DNA of 64,000 nucleotides from an uncultured Pseudomonadota bacterium (GCA_963770835.1 CAVYRH010000004.1:256001-320000), one strand, 5' to 3'; shown: positions 16,501 through 26,711, counted from the stretch's first letter. Notes: generated by a model from the letters alone, not told the origin. Translations and numbers: made by a program.

Positions 16501-17424
16501 CTAGGGGCCTGTCCCCGCCTTGCGCGGGCTTCCCAAAAAGTTCTTCGCTACTTCCACGCAATCGGGATATTGGTTCATCTTGACGACCTTCCGGTAGTAG
16601 ATCCGGGCTTCCCTCTGTTTGCCCATCCGGGCCAAGGTGTTTCCCATGTTGAAAACATAAAGGCTCTCCTGCGGATTTTTCTGGCTGGCGATGAGGAGGT
16701 ATTTGAAGGTGTGGGCCCAATCCTCCTTGGTGGAGTAATAGGCGGCCAGTGAATTGTAGGCGAAGGAGTCATTGGGAAAATAAGTGAGAGCCAGGCGGCA
16801 CAGCCGATGGGCGTGATCCCAATTGTCCGGGCCACCCTGGCCCAGGTAATAAGCGATTGGCTGGTGGATCAAGGGTTTGATGAAATGGGAACGGGGTTGG
16901 GGCAGTTCCTGGTCGCCCGCCCATCTGAGCTTTTCCTTGTTCTTGCGTTTATCCGCGTATTGGAGGGCGTGAATCAACACGTTATATTGGGAATTGAAGT
17001 CGCCCATGTCCTGATAGAGGCGGGCCAGGTTGAAGGAAATGTCCAGGCGCCAGGGGCGGGAAGCGATGGCAGCCTGCCAGCAAGTGACGGACTGGGACAT
17101 CAAGGCCCGGTCAAAATAGGAAGGGTCCCTGGCGGGAGGATCGGTCCCTGGTACGGACGGCGGGCACCAAACCACTGGTGTTTCCACCACCGCCGGCTTG
17201 GAAAGAGGGGGCGCTTTGCTTTCGGCCTTCAAGAAAAAATAATTTCCCGCGGCCACGAACCATTCGGCGTCGTCCGGATTGGTTTGACGCCAATCCTGGA
17301 GGGTTTTTTCCATCGTGCCAAAATCACTTTTTTGGAATTGCGCGTCGAATTGCTCCGGATAGCCCGCGAAAGCCCGTGAAAAAAAACTCGCCACCAGCAG
17401 GAGGGCGGGCACAAAGTTCCGCAT
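16501..17424 (-). CDS. Exported tetratricopeptide-repeat protein
   Basis: Signal peptide (AFA); TPR-like helices FNLARLYQDMG, AYNSLAAYY, FNMGNTLARMG. Confidence 0.75.
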   Translation of the reverse strand: MRNFVPALLLVASFFSRAFAGYPEQFDAQFQKSDFGTMEKTLQDWRQTNPDDAEWFVAAGNYFFLKAESKAPPLSKPAVVETPVVWCPPSVPGTDPPARDPSYFDRALMSQSVTCWQAAIASRPWRLDISFNLARLYQDMGDFNSQYNVLIHALQYADKRKNKEKLRWAGDQELPQPRSHFIKPLIHQPIAYYLGQGGPDNWDHAHRLCRLALTYFPNDSFAYNSLAAYYSTKEDWAHTFKYLLIASQKNPQESLYVFNMGNTLARMGKQREARIYYRKVVKMNQYPDCVEVAKNFLGSPRKAGTGP

Positions 17425-17560
17425 GGATGATCCTTTCGCGCACAGGATAAGGGACGAAAGAACGCAGTTCCATTTTTGTTTTGGAAGATCTAGGGGGCGG
17501 GGCTATTTCAAAAGGTTGGGTGAGTGGGTTAAATTCGAAGAAAAATAAGGAAAACTATTG

Positions 17561-17652
17561 AACCACAGAGTACACAGAGGTCGCAGAGTGAAATCCTTAT
17601 GGCTTAACAAATTCTTGTGCGTTCCTCTGTATACTCCGTGAACTCTGTGGTT
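17561..17652. repeat. Periodic inverted-repeat element (9-nt unit), same family as 5319..5416
   Basis: ATTGAACCACAGAGTACACAGAGG is identical at 5314 and 17557; right arm CTCTGTATA-CTCCGTGAA-CTCTGTGGTT. Confidence 0.9.
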
Positions 17653-17664
17653 TTAGAAGTTTTT

Positions 17665-17865
17665 TTAAGAAAAAAGCTGGCTGTTGGAGGGGCCCAGGTC
17701 TTTTAAAAGATGCCGGTAATAATGGTTGACCCAGTCATTGAAGGTGTTCTCCTTCGTGCCACCCTTGATCTCCCATTCGGCGTCAAGGTCGTCCAGGAAC
17801 TTTTCGTAGGCGTCTACTGTATCCAGAAAAACCCAGCTTTTTTTGCGGAGAATGCCTTTTTTCAT
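17665..17865 (-). CDS. 66-aa hypothetical protein
   Basis: SD GGAG before MKKGILRKKSWVFLDT...; the upstream extension in the ORF track looks non-coding. Confidence 0.55.
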   Translation of the reverse strand: MKKGILRKKSWVFLDTVDAYEKFLDDLDAEWEIKGGTKENTFNDWVNHYYRHLLKDLGPSNSQLFS

Positions 17866-18074
17866 GATGCACTCCGTGTGGCTGTGATAGATCCGGTTAA
17901 AATTATTGCATAATAAGTGCCACAAAGTTTTTCCGGATAACGTGAAAGAAAGGCTTAAACCATTAGTTTTATCCCTTAACAATCGTGAAGGAGCAACATT
18001 TATTGGTGATTTTAGGCGGGCATTTTTAGGAATGAGAAGATTTTTAGGAATGATTTTTAGAACCATGTCAAATC

Positions 18075-18103
18075 TTCAAGGAATTTGTCAGATATTCCTT
18101 GAA
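18075..18103. promoter_or_regulatory. Operator-like inverted repeat upstream of the OYE gene
   Basis: TTCAAGGAAT-N9-ATTCCTTGAA, perfect 10-bp arms. Confidence 0.5.
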
Positions 18104-18137
18104 AACCACAACTAAGCGTCGGAACAAGGAGACCCAA

Positions 18138-19193
18138 ATGCTATTTGAACCTTTTCGCTTAAGGGATATCACATTGAGAAACCGTATCGTGGTCTCGCCC
18201 ATGTGCCAGTATTCCTACGAGGACGGGTTCTCCAACGACTGGCAGCTGGTGCACCTGGGCAGCCGCGCCGCCGGAGGGGCGGGATTGGTTTTCGCCGAGG
18301 CCACGGCGGTGGAGGAAAGGGGCCGCATCAGCCCCGGCGACCTGGGGATTTGGAAGGACGCTCATATCGAGCCCTTGGCCCGGGTGGCCCATTTCGTGGC
18401 CTCCATGGGGGCAGCGCCGGGCATCCAACTGGCCCATGCGGGCCGAAAGGCTTCCACCGGCGTTCCATGGGTCACGGACAAGCCCCTGAGGGAAAAAGAA
18501 GGCGGCTGGAAAACCGTCGGTCCCAGCGCCGTCCCCTTTTCCGAGGGCTACTCAACGCCTGAAGCCCTGGATAAGGCCGGAATCACCCAAGTCGTGAAGG
18601 CTTTCCAGGCGGCGGCCCGGCGGGCGAAGCAGGCGGGGTTCCAGGTTTTGGAAATCCACGCGGCCCATGGGTACCTGATCAACGAATTCCTTTCACCCCT
18701 TTCCAACAAGAGGGAAGACGAATATGGGGGTTCCTTCGAGAACCGCGCCCGGCTTTTAAGGGAAGTGGTGAAAGCAGTGCGGGAAGAATGGCCCGAAAAA
18801 TACCCGCTTTTTTCCCGGTTTTCCGCCACCGAGTGGACGGAGGGGGGATGGGCGGTGGAGGATTCGGTGGAACTGGCCAAGGTTTTAAAGAAAGAGGGCG
18901 TGGACTTGATTGACTGTTCCAGCGGCGGCAACATGCCGGGGGTGAAGATCAACGTTGTGCCCGGCTACCAGGTTCCCCTCGCCGAGCGGATCCGCAAAGA
19001 CGCCGGAATCGCGACGGGGGCCGTGGGCTTTATCACCGGTGCGGCACAGGCGGAGGAAATCGTCCAAAGCGGCAAGGCGGACTTGGTGTTCCTGGCCCGG
19101 CAGATGCTGCGGGACCCTTACTTTCCCTTGCATGCCGCCAAGGAACTAGGGGTGGAAGTGAAATGGCCGAACCAATACTCAAGGGCCCGATAA
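18138..19193 (+). CDS. namA: NADH:flavin oxidoreductase / Old Yellow Enzyme (NamA/YqjM type)
   Basis: NRIVVSPMCQYS, QLAHAGRK, EIHAAHGYL, C-terminal QYSRA; SD AAGGAG. Confidence 0.88.
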   Translation: MLFEPFRLRDITLRNRIVVSPMCQYSYEDGFSNDWQLVHLGSRAAGGAGLVFAEATAVEERGRISPGDLGIWKDAHIEPLARVAHFVASMGAAPGIQLAHAGRKASTGVPWVTDKPLREKEGGWKTVGPSAVPFSEGYSTPEALDKAGITQVVKAFQAAARRAKQAGFQVLEIHAAHGYLINEFLSPLSNKREDEYGGSFENRARLLREVVKAVREEWPEKYPLFSRFSATEWTEGGWAVEDSVELAKVLKKEGVDLIDCSSGGNMPGVKINVVPGYQVPLAERIRKDAGIATGAVGFITGAAQAEEIVQSGKADLVFLARQMLRDPYFPLHAAKELGVEVKWPNQYSRAR

Positions 19194-19202
19194 CGACAGA
19201 TA

Positions 19203-19272
19203 TTGGCTATTAGCATTTAGCTTGTAGTAAGCTTTTCTTGGCTAAAGGCCAACATCTAACCCGCTAATGGCT
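19203..19272. repeat. 7-nt-period degenerate inverted repeat
   Basis: TTGGCTA-TTAGCAT-TTAGCTT-GTAG ... GCTAAAG-GCCAACA-TCTAACC-CGCTAATG between convergent genes. Confidence 0.6.
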
Positions 19273-19275
19273 GCC

Positions 19276-19518
19276 TTAGAGTGTTTTGTGCGTGCCGTCG
19301 CAATAGGGCTTGCCGTTCGAATGCTTGCACTGGCACAAGAAGGCGGTCTTGGTTTCCTCGGCCTTGAAAACCAAAGGAGAGAAACCGGGATAGGCTTTAT
19401 GGGACCCGTCGCAAAAAGGCTGGTTTTGAGAATGGCCGCAGGCGCACCAGGCGTAAGTCTTTCCCACCTCCATTTCCACCTTGGCGGGGAATTTGTGGGC
19501 GATATTGGGTTCTAACAT
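19276..19518 (-). CDS. CDGSH iron-sulfur domain protein (two CDGSH motifs)
   Basis: WCACGHSQNQPFCDGSH and LCQCKHSNGKPYCDGTH. Confidence 0.92.
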   Translation of the reverse strand: MLEPNIAHKFPAKVEMEVGKTYAWCACGHSQNQPFCDGSHKAYPGFSPLVFKAEETKTAFLCQCKHSNGKPYCDGTHKTL

Positions 19519-19692
19519 GAATCCTCCTTAAAGAATCGGTACAGCAGACCCCATACTAAAAAAGGCCGGCTCAAAAAGAAATCCCTTGGGACTTTATAAG
19601 GTTACATAAAAGTGACTCATATACCGGTGAAAAACAGGTTCTCCACCCCTTATGATGAGCCCCGATTGAAAGTTTTTACAGCGAGGTGATTC

Positions 19693-20835
19693 ATGAAAGC
19701 CATTGCCGTATTCCCTTCCCAAAAAAAAGTGGATTTGATTGACGCCCCCGAACCCGCCCTGAAGGGCCCCTTCGACGTCAAACTCAAGATGCTGGATATC
19801 GGGGTCTGCGGCACGGACAAGGAAATCTGTTCCTTCGAATATGGCAATCCTCCGGCGGGTTCGGACTACCTCATCCTTGGCCACGAGTCCCTGGGTCGGG
19901 TGACGGAAGTCGGGCCGCAAGTGAAAACCCTCAAGCCCGGCGATTTGGCGGTGATGATCGTGCGACGCCCCTGTGGGGATCCCTCTTGCATACCCTGCAG
20001 CGTGATGCGGCAGGACTTCTGCGTTACCGGGGGGTTCAAGGAGAGGGGAATCAACGGCCTCCACGGTTTCATGACCGAAACGGTGGTGGACGAGGAAAAA
20101 TACATGAACTTAGTCCCGGCGGACCTGAGGGACGTGGGCGTGCTGACCGAGCCGCTGACCATCGCGGAAAAATCCCTGTTCCAGGTCTGGGACATCCAGG
20201 CCCGCCTGCCCTGGGCCTGCCGCCACGACCAACACCCCCACCGCAAGGGCGAGAAGATTCCGCAGGCCGAAATAGGCTACCCCCACAACGCGGTGGTTTT
20301 GGGCGCGGGGCCCGTGGGGCTCTTGGGCGCCATGCTTCTTTGCGCCAACGGCTTCAAGACCTTCGTTTATTCCAGGGAACCCGTGGGGAGCCCCAAAGCC
20401 AACCTAACCCAGCAGATAGGGGCCTCTTACGTTTCTGGGGCTTCCACCCCCCTGGACCAGCTGGTGAAACAGGTCGAGAATGTGGATTTGGTTTATGAGG
20501 CCACCGGCGCCTCGCGCCTGGCCTTTGAGATGCTAAAGTACCTGGGCACCAACGGCGTCTTCGTCTTCACAGGGGTGCCGGGGCGCAAGGGTCCCATCGA
20601 GGTGGATACAGACCTCTTGATGCGCGACATTGTCCTGAAGAACCAGGTGGTGGTGGGGTCGGTCAACGCGGGCAAGAACGCCTATGTGAAAGCCATCGAG
20701 GACTTGGCGACATTTAAGGCCCGCTGGCCCAACGCGGTGAAGGCCCTCATCACAGGCCGCTTCGCGCCGGAAAAGCACAAAGATTTACTTCTCGGCGATC
20801 CGGGGGGGATTAAGAACATCATTAGTTTTGAATGA
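19693..20835 (+). CDS. Zn-dependent glucose 1-dehydrogenase (MDR family)
   Basis: GVCGTD, LGHESLG, VRRPC, ERGI, GAGPVG, GSVNA. Confidence 0.85.
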   Translation: MKAIAVFPSQKKVDLIDAPEPALKGPFDVKLKMLDIGVCGTDKEICSFEYGNPPAGSDYLILGHESLGRVTEVGPQVKTLKPGDLAVMIVRRPCGDPSCIPCSVMRQDFCVTGGFKERGINGLHGFMTETVVDEEKYMNLVPADLRDVGVLTEPLTIAEKSLFQVWDIQARLPWACRHDQHPHRKGEKIPQAEIGYPHNAVVLGAGPVGLLGAMLLCANGFKTFVYSREPVGSPKANLTQQIGASYVSGASTPLDQLVKQVENVDLVYEATGASRLAFEMLKYLGTNGVFVFTGVPGRKGPIEVDTDLLMRDIVLKNQVVVGSVNAGKNAYVKAIEDLATFKARWPNAVKALITGRFAPEKHKDLLLGDPGGIKNIISFE

Positions 20836-20881
20836 AGAAGCCTTATCCTTTTCTTTTGTGGCAAAATTCAGAAGTTCTTTA

Positions 20882-20902
20882 CTTTGTGCCTGTGCGGTTA
20901 AA
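20882..20902. repeat. Possible solo right arm of an 8-nt-unit repeat
   Basis: CTTTGTGC-CTGTGCGG-TTAAA resembles the right-arm ends of the other elements. Confidence 0.35.
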
Positions 20903-20917
20903 ATGCCTTGAGGTTTT

Positions 20918-22846
20918 ATGACCCTACCTATCAATCGAGATGCCGAGTGGCTGGAGACGGACGGGCTGGGCGGTTTCGCCTGCGGGACCACCAACGGCAT
21001 CCGCACCCGGCGCTACCATTCCTTCCTTTTGACCGCCACCACGCCCCCCACGGGCCGCATGGCCCTCGTCAAAAGCCTGGACGCCTGGGTGGAAATGGAC
21101 GGCAGCCTCTTCCACTTGAATTCCCACATGTATTTCCCCGGGGTCCTGTCGCCCAACGGGGCCGAATCCATCGAATCCTTCCAAAGGGACCCCTGGCCCA
21201 AGTGGACCTACCGCCTTCCCCGGGGCATGACGCTGGAAAGGGAAGTCTTCATGCCCCACGGCCACCCGGCGGTGGTGGTCTCCTGGAAACTCTTCAACGC
21301 CAAGGAGCCCGTACGGCTCTCGGTTCGGCCCCTTTTTTCCTTCAAGGACTACCACTCCCTCCAGCACGAGGACAAGAACTTCCGTTTTGACGCCGATGTT
21401 TTCGAGAAGAACGTCTTCTGGAAACCCTATCCCAATACCCCCCAATTGGCGGCGCTGCACAACGGACATTATTTCCATCAGCCCGACTGGTACCGGCAGT
21501 TCCTTTACGAGCAGGAACAGCAAAGGGGCCTGGACTGCGTGGAGGACCTGGCCACGCCCGGTCTTTTCCAGTGGACCTTCTTCAAAACCCGTGCGATCCT
21601 CATTTTGACCACAGGGATCGAGAAGCCGGCCTCGCCGGACCAGATACAGGCCGTGGAGGAGCTTTACGACCGTTACCGCACCCACGAGGAGGAACGCCGG
21701 AAGTCCTTTGCCTCCCCCCTGGCCCAATCGGCGGACCATTATTTCGTGAAAAGGGACCACGGGGAGACCCTGATCGCGGGCTATCCCTGGTTCACCGACT
21801 GGGGGCGGGACACCTTCGTGGCCATCCGGGGCCTGGGGCTGGCCACGGGCCGCCAGACCGAGACCCGCAAGATCCTCCTGGAATGGGCCAAGTCCATTTC
21901 CGAGGGCATGGTGCCCAACCGCTTCCCCGACTCCGGCGAGGCCCCCGAATACCATTCGGTGGACGCCTCCCTGTGGTACATCATCGCGGTTTACGATTAT
22001 TTAAAGGCCGCCCACGCGGGCGAAATTTCCCGGAAGAACTGGAGCGAGTTCCAGACGCCCGTGGAAAAAATCCTCAAGGGTTATTCCCAAGGCACCCGGT
22101 GGGGTATTAAGGCGGATGCCGACGGGCTTTTGTGGTCCGGCGAGGGGGACGACTCCCTCACCTGGATGGACGCGCGGGTCAACGGAAAGGCGGTCACGCC
22201 CCGGGTGGGCAAGCCCGTGGAAGTCGAGGCCCTGTGGCTGAACGCCCTTTGGGTGGGCGGCCATTTTTCGGAAGCCTGGGAAACCCTCTTTAAGAAGGCC
22301 CTCACCTCCTTCCAGAACCGGTTCTGGAACGGCGCGGGGGGCTGCCTTTACGACGTGGTGGATGTGAACCGCCAGCCGGGGACGGGCGACGGCTCCTTTC
22401 GCCCCAACCAGGTCCTGGCCGTTGGCGGCCTGCCGCTTACCCTGATCGACGAGGAGAAGGCCAAGCTCATGATGAAAGCGGTGCAGGAGAAGCTTTTAAC
22501 GCCCCTGGGGCTGCGTTCCCTAGCCCCCGGCGAGCCGGGCTACCGGCGGCGCTACCAGGGCGGCGTAGTGGAAAGGGACAGCGCCTACCACCAGGGTACG
22601 GTCTGGCCCTGGCTAATGGGGCCCTTTGTGGAAGCCTGGGTGCGGGTGCGGGGGAACACGGCGGCGGCCAAACAGGAAGCCCGGGAAAAGTTCCTGGAGC
22701 CCCTCTTGGCGCAGATGAACCAGGGCGGCCTGGGCCACCTGCCCGAACTGGCCGAGCCGGATAACCCCTTCTATCCGAGGGGCTGCCCCTTCCAGGCCTG
22801 GTCGCTGGGCGAAGCCATCCGCTTGGACCAGGTCGTCCTCAAGTAG
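20918..22846 (+). CDS. Amylo-alpha-1,6-glucosidase (glycogen debranching enzyme family)
   Basis: EWLETDGLGGFA, TRRYH, IAGYPWFTDWGRDT, TWMDA, AYHQGTVWPW, GCPFQAWS. Confidence 0.9.
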   Translation: MTLPINRDAEWLETDGLGGFACGTTNGIRTRRYHSFLLTATTPPTGRMALVKSLDAWVEMDGSLFHLNSHMYFPGVLSPNGAESIESFQRDPWPKWTYRLPRGMTLEREVFMPHGHPAVVVSWKLFNAKEPVRLSVRPLFSFKDYHSLQHEDKNFRFDADVFEKNVFWKPYPNTPQLAALHNGHYFHQPDWYRQFLYEQEQQRGLDCVEDLATPGLFQWTFFKTRAILILTTGIEKPASPDQIQAVEELYDRYRTHEEERRKSFASPLAQSADHYFVKRDHGETLIAGYPWFTDWGRDTFVAIRGLGLATGRQTETRKILLEWAKSISEGMVPNRFPDSGEAPEYHSVDASLWYIIAVYDYLKAAHAGEISRKNWSEFQTPVEKILKGYSQGTRWGIKADADGLLWSGEGDDSLTWMDARVNGKAVTPRVGKPVEVEALWLNALWVGGHFSEAWETLFKKALTSFQNRFWNGAGGCLYDVVDVNRQPGTGDGSFRPNQVLAVGGLPLTLIDEEKAKLMMKAVQEKLLTPLGLRSLAPGEPGYRRRYQGGVVERDSAYHQGTVWPWLMGPFVEAWVRVRGNTAAAKQEAREKFLEPLLAQMNQGGLGHLPELAEPDNPFYPRGCPFQAWSLGEAIRLDQVVLK

Positions 22847-22881
22847 AACCGGGAAGTCGCCTAGGGCGGGAGCCGTCTAAG

Positions 22882-23730
22882 ATGAAAGATCCAATCCGGG
22901 ATTTCGCCGAAAAACTTGCCACAGCCTATTCGACGATCCCCCAAGTCAAAGCAGTGGCACTTGCGGGTTCACGCACAGGTTCCTCGGAACCGGATGCTAG
23001 CTCGGACATCGACCTGTATGTCTATCAGGACGGTGAGATTCCTATTTCAGCCCGGCAACAAATCGCCTCCGAAAACTCGGCCGAAACCGAGATAGGAAAC
23101 CGGTTTTGGGAAGAAGGGGATGAATGGCTTGCCCGCAAGCCGCCCGTTAAAGTGGACGTCATGTTCCGCCATACCGGCTGGATCGAGGAGGAGGTGGCGC
23201 GCGTGTTCGACCGGCACGAGGCCAGGCTCGGTTATTCCACTTGCTTCCTCTACAATGTTCAAACCTGCATCGTGCTTTACGACCGTGAGGGCTGGCTCGA
23301 CGGCCTAAAAACCCGGGTCTCCCGGGCCTACCCGGATGCCTTGCGGGACGCCATCCTGGCGAAAAACCATCCCGTCCTGAGGAACTCCCACAGCGCCTAT
23401 TTCCGCCAAATAGAAGTCGCGGCTGGCCGCGGCGATCTCGTGAGCCTTAACCACCGGGTGGCCGCGCTCCTGGCGAGCTACTTCGACATTATCATCGCGG
23501 TGAACCGGACGGCCCATCCGGGAGAGAAAAGGCTGGTGCGGTTTGTACAGGAAAGATGCGCCCTTAAACCTGAAAGTTTCGCGGAAAATGTGGGTTCCCT
23601 ACTAGTGGCCGTTCCACAGGGGGAAAGGGTGGTTGTCGAAAAGACGAGCGCCCTCTTGGGAGCCCTTGACGGTTGGCTCCTGGGGCTTGGTTTGCTTCCC
23701 GCCTGGCCCTGTCCATCGGATAAGTCATGA
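22882..23730 (+). CDS. Pol-beta-superfamily nucleotidyltransferase (DUF4037-like)
   Basis: ALAGSR...SDIDLYVY, HPGEKRL. Confidence 0.8.
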   Translation: MKDPIRDFAEKLATAYSTIPQVKAVALAGSRTGSSEPDASSDIDLYVYQDGEIPISARQQIASENSAETEIGNRFWEEGDEWLARKPPVKVDVMFRHTGWIEEEVARVFDRHEARLGYSTCFLYNVQTCIVLYDREGWLDGLKTRVSRAYPDALRDAILAKNHPVLRNSHSAYFRQIEVAAGRGDLVSLNHRVAALLASYFDIIIAVNRTAHPGEKRLVRFVQERCALKPESFAENVGSLLVAVPQGERVVVEKTSALLGALDGWLLGLGLLPAWPCPSDKS

Positions 23731-23900
23731 AGGCTGGGGTGTAGGATGGAAAAGCTTTCCTTGAAAAGACGTTCTTCGCTTAACGGAGGAGGAAAGGGAC
23801 TAATTTAGCCCTTTTTCTTCGCACAATTGTAAAATGCCCCGACCTAGGAAGGTGCAATGCGGCCGAGGCCCGGCGAGTTCGTCTCATTCGGAGCGTGGCG

Positions 23901-25271
23901 ATGAAACCCTCACGTGAAATACCCAAGGCGCTGCTGGCCCATCTGAAGGACCCCGCCGTCAAAAAGGTGAAGGTGGCCGTCACCGACATCGACGGCATCC
24001 TCCGGGGCAAGTATCTCCACAAAGCCAAGTTCCTCTCGGCGGCGGAAAAGGGCTTCGGCTTCTGCAACGTGGTTTTCGGCTGGGATTCCTCCGACGCCTG
24101 TTACGACAACTCCCAATACACCGGCTGGCACACGGGCTACCCGGACGCCCAGGCCAAAATCGACTTTTCCACCTACCGCCATGTGCCCTGGGACGACAAC
24201 GTCCCCTTCTTCCTGGGGGATTTCGAGGACGGTCACGGTAAACCCCTGGACGTCTGTCCGCGCCAACTGTTGAAGAAGGTGGTTTCCCGTTGCGATAAAG
24301 CGGGCTACCAGCCCATCGCGGCCATGGAATATGAGTGGTTCAACTTCAAGGAAACGCCCCAGTCCCTCGTTGATAAAAATTTCACGAACCTCCAGCCCTT
24401 AAGCCCCGGCATGTTCGGCTATTCCATATTGCGTTCCAGCCTCAATCAGCCCTTCTTCAAGGCCCTCATGGAGGAGATGCCGGCCTTTGCCGTTCCCCTG
24501 GAGGGGCTTCACACCGAAACGGGGCCGGGGGTTTTCGAGGCCGCCATCCTTTACTCCGGGGCCCTAGAGGCGGGGGACCGGGGCGTGCTTTTCAAGACCG
24601 CCGCCAAGGAGATCGGCTACCGCTTCGGCATCCTTCCCACCTTCATCGCTAAATGGAACACGGCGCTCCCCGGCTGCGGAGGGCATTCTCACCAGAGCCT
24701 TTGGAACACGAAGGGGGATAAGAACCTCTTCGATAACGAAAAAGACCCGCACCGCATGAGCCCGATTTTCAAGAGCTACCTGGCGGGCCAGATCCGATGC
24801 CTGCCCGAGATTTTGCCATTCTTCGCCCCCAACGTGAACAGCTACAAGCGCCTGGTGGACGGCTATTGGGCGCCCACCAAGCCCCTTTGGGGCGTTGACA
24901 ACCGCACGGTGGCCTTCCGCGTCATCCCGGGCGGCCCGAAAGCCACGCGCGTGGAAACCCGCGTGGGAGGCTCGGACACCAACGCCTACCTGGTGCTGGC
25001 GGCTTGTTTCGCCAGCGGGCTTTACGGTATCCAGAAGAACCTCTCACTCAAGGAAGCCGCCGTCGAGGGCAGCGGCTACAAGTCCCCCGCCCCGCGCCTG
25101 CCCCGCAACCTGCACGAGGCCACGGAGAAGATGGCGGAATCCAAGATCGCCCGGGAGCTCTTCGGCGAGGCCTTCGTGGACCATTTCGTACGCACCCGCC
25201 AATGGGAATGGCGCCAGTTCCAGGACGCCGTGACTGATTGGGAACTCAAGCGGTATTTTGAAATAGTCTGA
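23901..25271 (+). CDS. Glutamine synthetase-family gamma-glutamylamide ligase (PuuA-like)
   Basis: DIDGILRGK, EYEWF, HTETGPGVFE, GGHSHQSL, NSYKRL, RVETR; operon includes a PuuD-like hydrolase. Confidence 0.85.
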   Translation: MKPSREIPKALLAHLKDPAVKKVKVAVTDIDGILRGKYLHKAKFLSAAEKGFGFCNVVFGWDSSDACYDNSQYTGWHTGYPDAQAKIDFSTYRHVPWDDNVPFFLGDFEDGHGKPLDVCPRQLLKKVVSRCDKAGYQPIAAMEYEWFNFKETPQSLVDKNFTNLQPLSPGMFGYSILRSSLNQPFFKALMEEMPAFAVPLEGLHTETGPGVFEAAILYSGALEAGDRGVLFKTAAKEIGYRFGILPTFIAKWNTALPGCGGHSHQSLWNTKGDKNLFDNEKDPHRMSPIFKSYLAGQIRCLPEILPFFAPNVNSYKRLVDGYWAPTKPLWGVDNRTVAFRVIPGGPKATRVETRVGGSDTNAYLVLAACFASGLYGIQKNLSLKEAAVEGSGYKSPAPRLPRNLHEATEKMAESKIARELFGEAFVDHFVRTRQWEWRQFQDAVTDWELKRYFEIV

Positions 25272-25290
25272 TTGAACCAAGACCTATTAA

Positions 25291-25398
25291 CTACCAAGAC
25301 ACCAAGGGCACCAAGAAAAGCGAAAGATTAAATCGTGAAAAAGTTTTGAATATTAATCTTATGGTTTGCCTAACTTGGTGTCCTTGGTGTCTTGGTGG
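25291..25398. repeat. Periodic inverted-repeat element (CACCAAG unit)
   Basis: CTACCAAGACACCAAGGGCACCAAG / AT-rich spacer / CTTGGTGTCCTTGGTGTCTTGGTGG. Confidence 0.9.
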
Positions 25399-25425
25399 TG
25401 AAAATTTCTCTTTTGAGGTGTTTTG

Positions 25426-26574
25426 ATGCCTTCTGGACGTTTCAGTTTTCCCACCCTCATCCACTTCGGCCCCGGGGTCCGGGCCAAGGTCGCGGGTTTC
25501 TTGAAGGACCACAGCCTCAAGCGCCCTTTACTGGTCAGCGACAAGGGGCTGGCCGCCCTGCCGGTCTTTACCGAAGTTTTCCAATCTCTCAAGACGGGCA
25601 GTTTGGAGCCCGGGGCTTTTTCGGGTATCTGGGGAAACCCGACTAAAACCCAGGTTTTGACGGGGTTGGAGGCTTATCGGGCCCATAAAGCCGACTGCCT
25701 GGTGGGCTTGGGCGGTGGCGCGGCCCTGGATGTCTGCAAGGCTATCGCCTTGATGGTGAACCATCAGGGGGACCTGTTTGATTACGAGGACGAGAAACCC
25801 GGCGCCCTGCCCTTTAAGTATGAAATACCTTTTTGGGTGGCCCTGCCCACTACCTCGGGTACGGGCAGCGAGGTGGGCCGCAGTTCGGTCATATCCGACG
25901 ACCAAACCCACCTTAAAAAGATCATCTTCGACCCCAAACTGCTGGCCCGGGTGGTCTTCGCCGACCCCGAGCTGACCCTGGGGCTTCCGGCGCCGGTCAC
26001 GGCCGCCACCGGCATGGACGCCCTCACCCACTGCGTCGAATCCTACCTGGCCAAGGACTACCACCCCATCTGCGACGGCGTGGCGCTGGAGGGCCTGCGC
26101 TTGGCCTCCCAAAGCCTGGCCCAGTGCGTGGAGAAGCCGGGAGATATCGAGGCCCGGGGATCCATGATGATGGCCTCCATGATGGGGGCGGTGGCCTTCC
26201 AGAAAGGCCTGGGGCTGGTGCATTCCTGCGCCCACGCCCTTTCCACGTTCAAGGACCTGCACCACGGCCTGGCCAACGGCATCATGATCGACCATGCCCT
26301 GCCTTTTAACGTGAGCGCCGTCCCGGAACGGTTCCGCCTGATGGCCCAAATCGCGGGCCTCAAGGATGAAACCCCGGAGGCTTTCCTGGCCTGGCTGACC
26401 GCCCTTAAAAGGCGCATCGGCATACCGGCCGGCCTTTCGGAAAAAGGAATCCAAGCCGGGGACGCCAAGCGGCTTTCGGAGCTCGCCTTCCATGACTCCT
26501 GCCACCTGAATAACCCCCGCCCCGTCACCCAAGCCGATTTCGAGGCGATCTTTTCGGAAGCATTAAGAATATGA
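25426..26574 (+). CDS. Iron-containing alcohol dehydrogenase
   Basis: GGGAALD, PTTSGTGSE, GMDALTH, HSCAH, HHG. Confidence 0.9.
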   Translation: MPSGRFSFPTLIHFGPGVRAKVAGFLKDHSLKRPLLVSDKGLAALPVFTEVFQSLKTGSLEPGAFSGIWGNPTKTQVLTGLEAYRAHKADCLVGLGGGAALDVCKAIALMVNHQGDLFDYEDEKPGALPFKYEIPFWVALPTTSGTGSEVGRSSVISDDQTHLKKIIFDPKLLARVVFADPELTLGLPAPVTAATGMDALTHCVESYLAKDYHPICDGVALEGLRLASQSLAQCVEKPGDIEARGSMMMASMMGAVAFQKGLGLVHSCAHALSTFKDLHHGLANGIMIDHALPFNVSAVPERFRLMAQIAGLKDETPEAFLAWLTALKRRIGIPAGLSEKGIQAGDAKRLSELAFHDSCHLNNPRPVTQADFEAIFSEALRI

Positions 26575-26580
26575 AACGCT

Positions 26581-26686
26581 TTTCACCGCCAAGACGCCAA
26601 GTTCGCCAAGAACAACTAAAGCCATAGTGTTAAACCAAATCTTTTGCTTTGCTTTTCTTAGCGGACTTGGCGTCTTGGCGGTGAAA
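26581..26686. repeat. Periodic inverted-repeat element (CGCCAAG unit)
   Basis: TTTCACCGCCAAGACGCCAAGTTCGCCAAG ... CTTAGCGGACTTGGCGTCTTGGCGGTGAAA; at least the outer 21 bp pair perfectly. Confidence 0.92.
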
Positions 26687-26711
26687 TAAGTTTTGGAGGA
26701 TGGGGTTTAGT

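Noticed and set aside
19600..19616. GTTACATAAAAGTGAC as a fourth regulator site
   Set aside because: One GTTAC only, without the 10-nt periodic partner.
22882..23730. Nucleotidyltransferase as part of a toxin-antitoxin or anti-phage system
   Set aside because: No HEPN, effector or other defence partner is adjacent.
23820..23895. Riboswitch in the leader of the GS-like gene
   Set aside because: Does not fit the glutamine or guanidine riboswitch consensus by eye.
23901..25271. Calling this gene the biosynthetic glnA
   Set aside because: Operon context (PuuD-like, ADH, ALDH) indicates a gamma-glutamylamide ligase.
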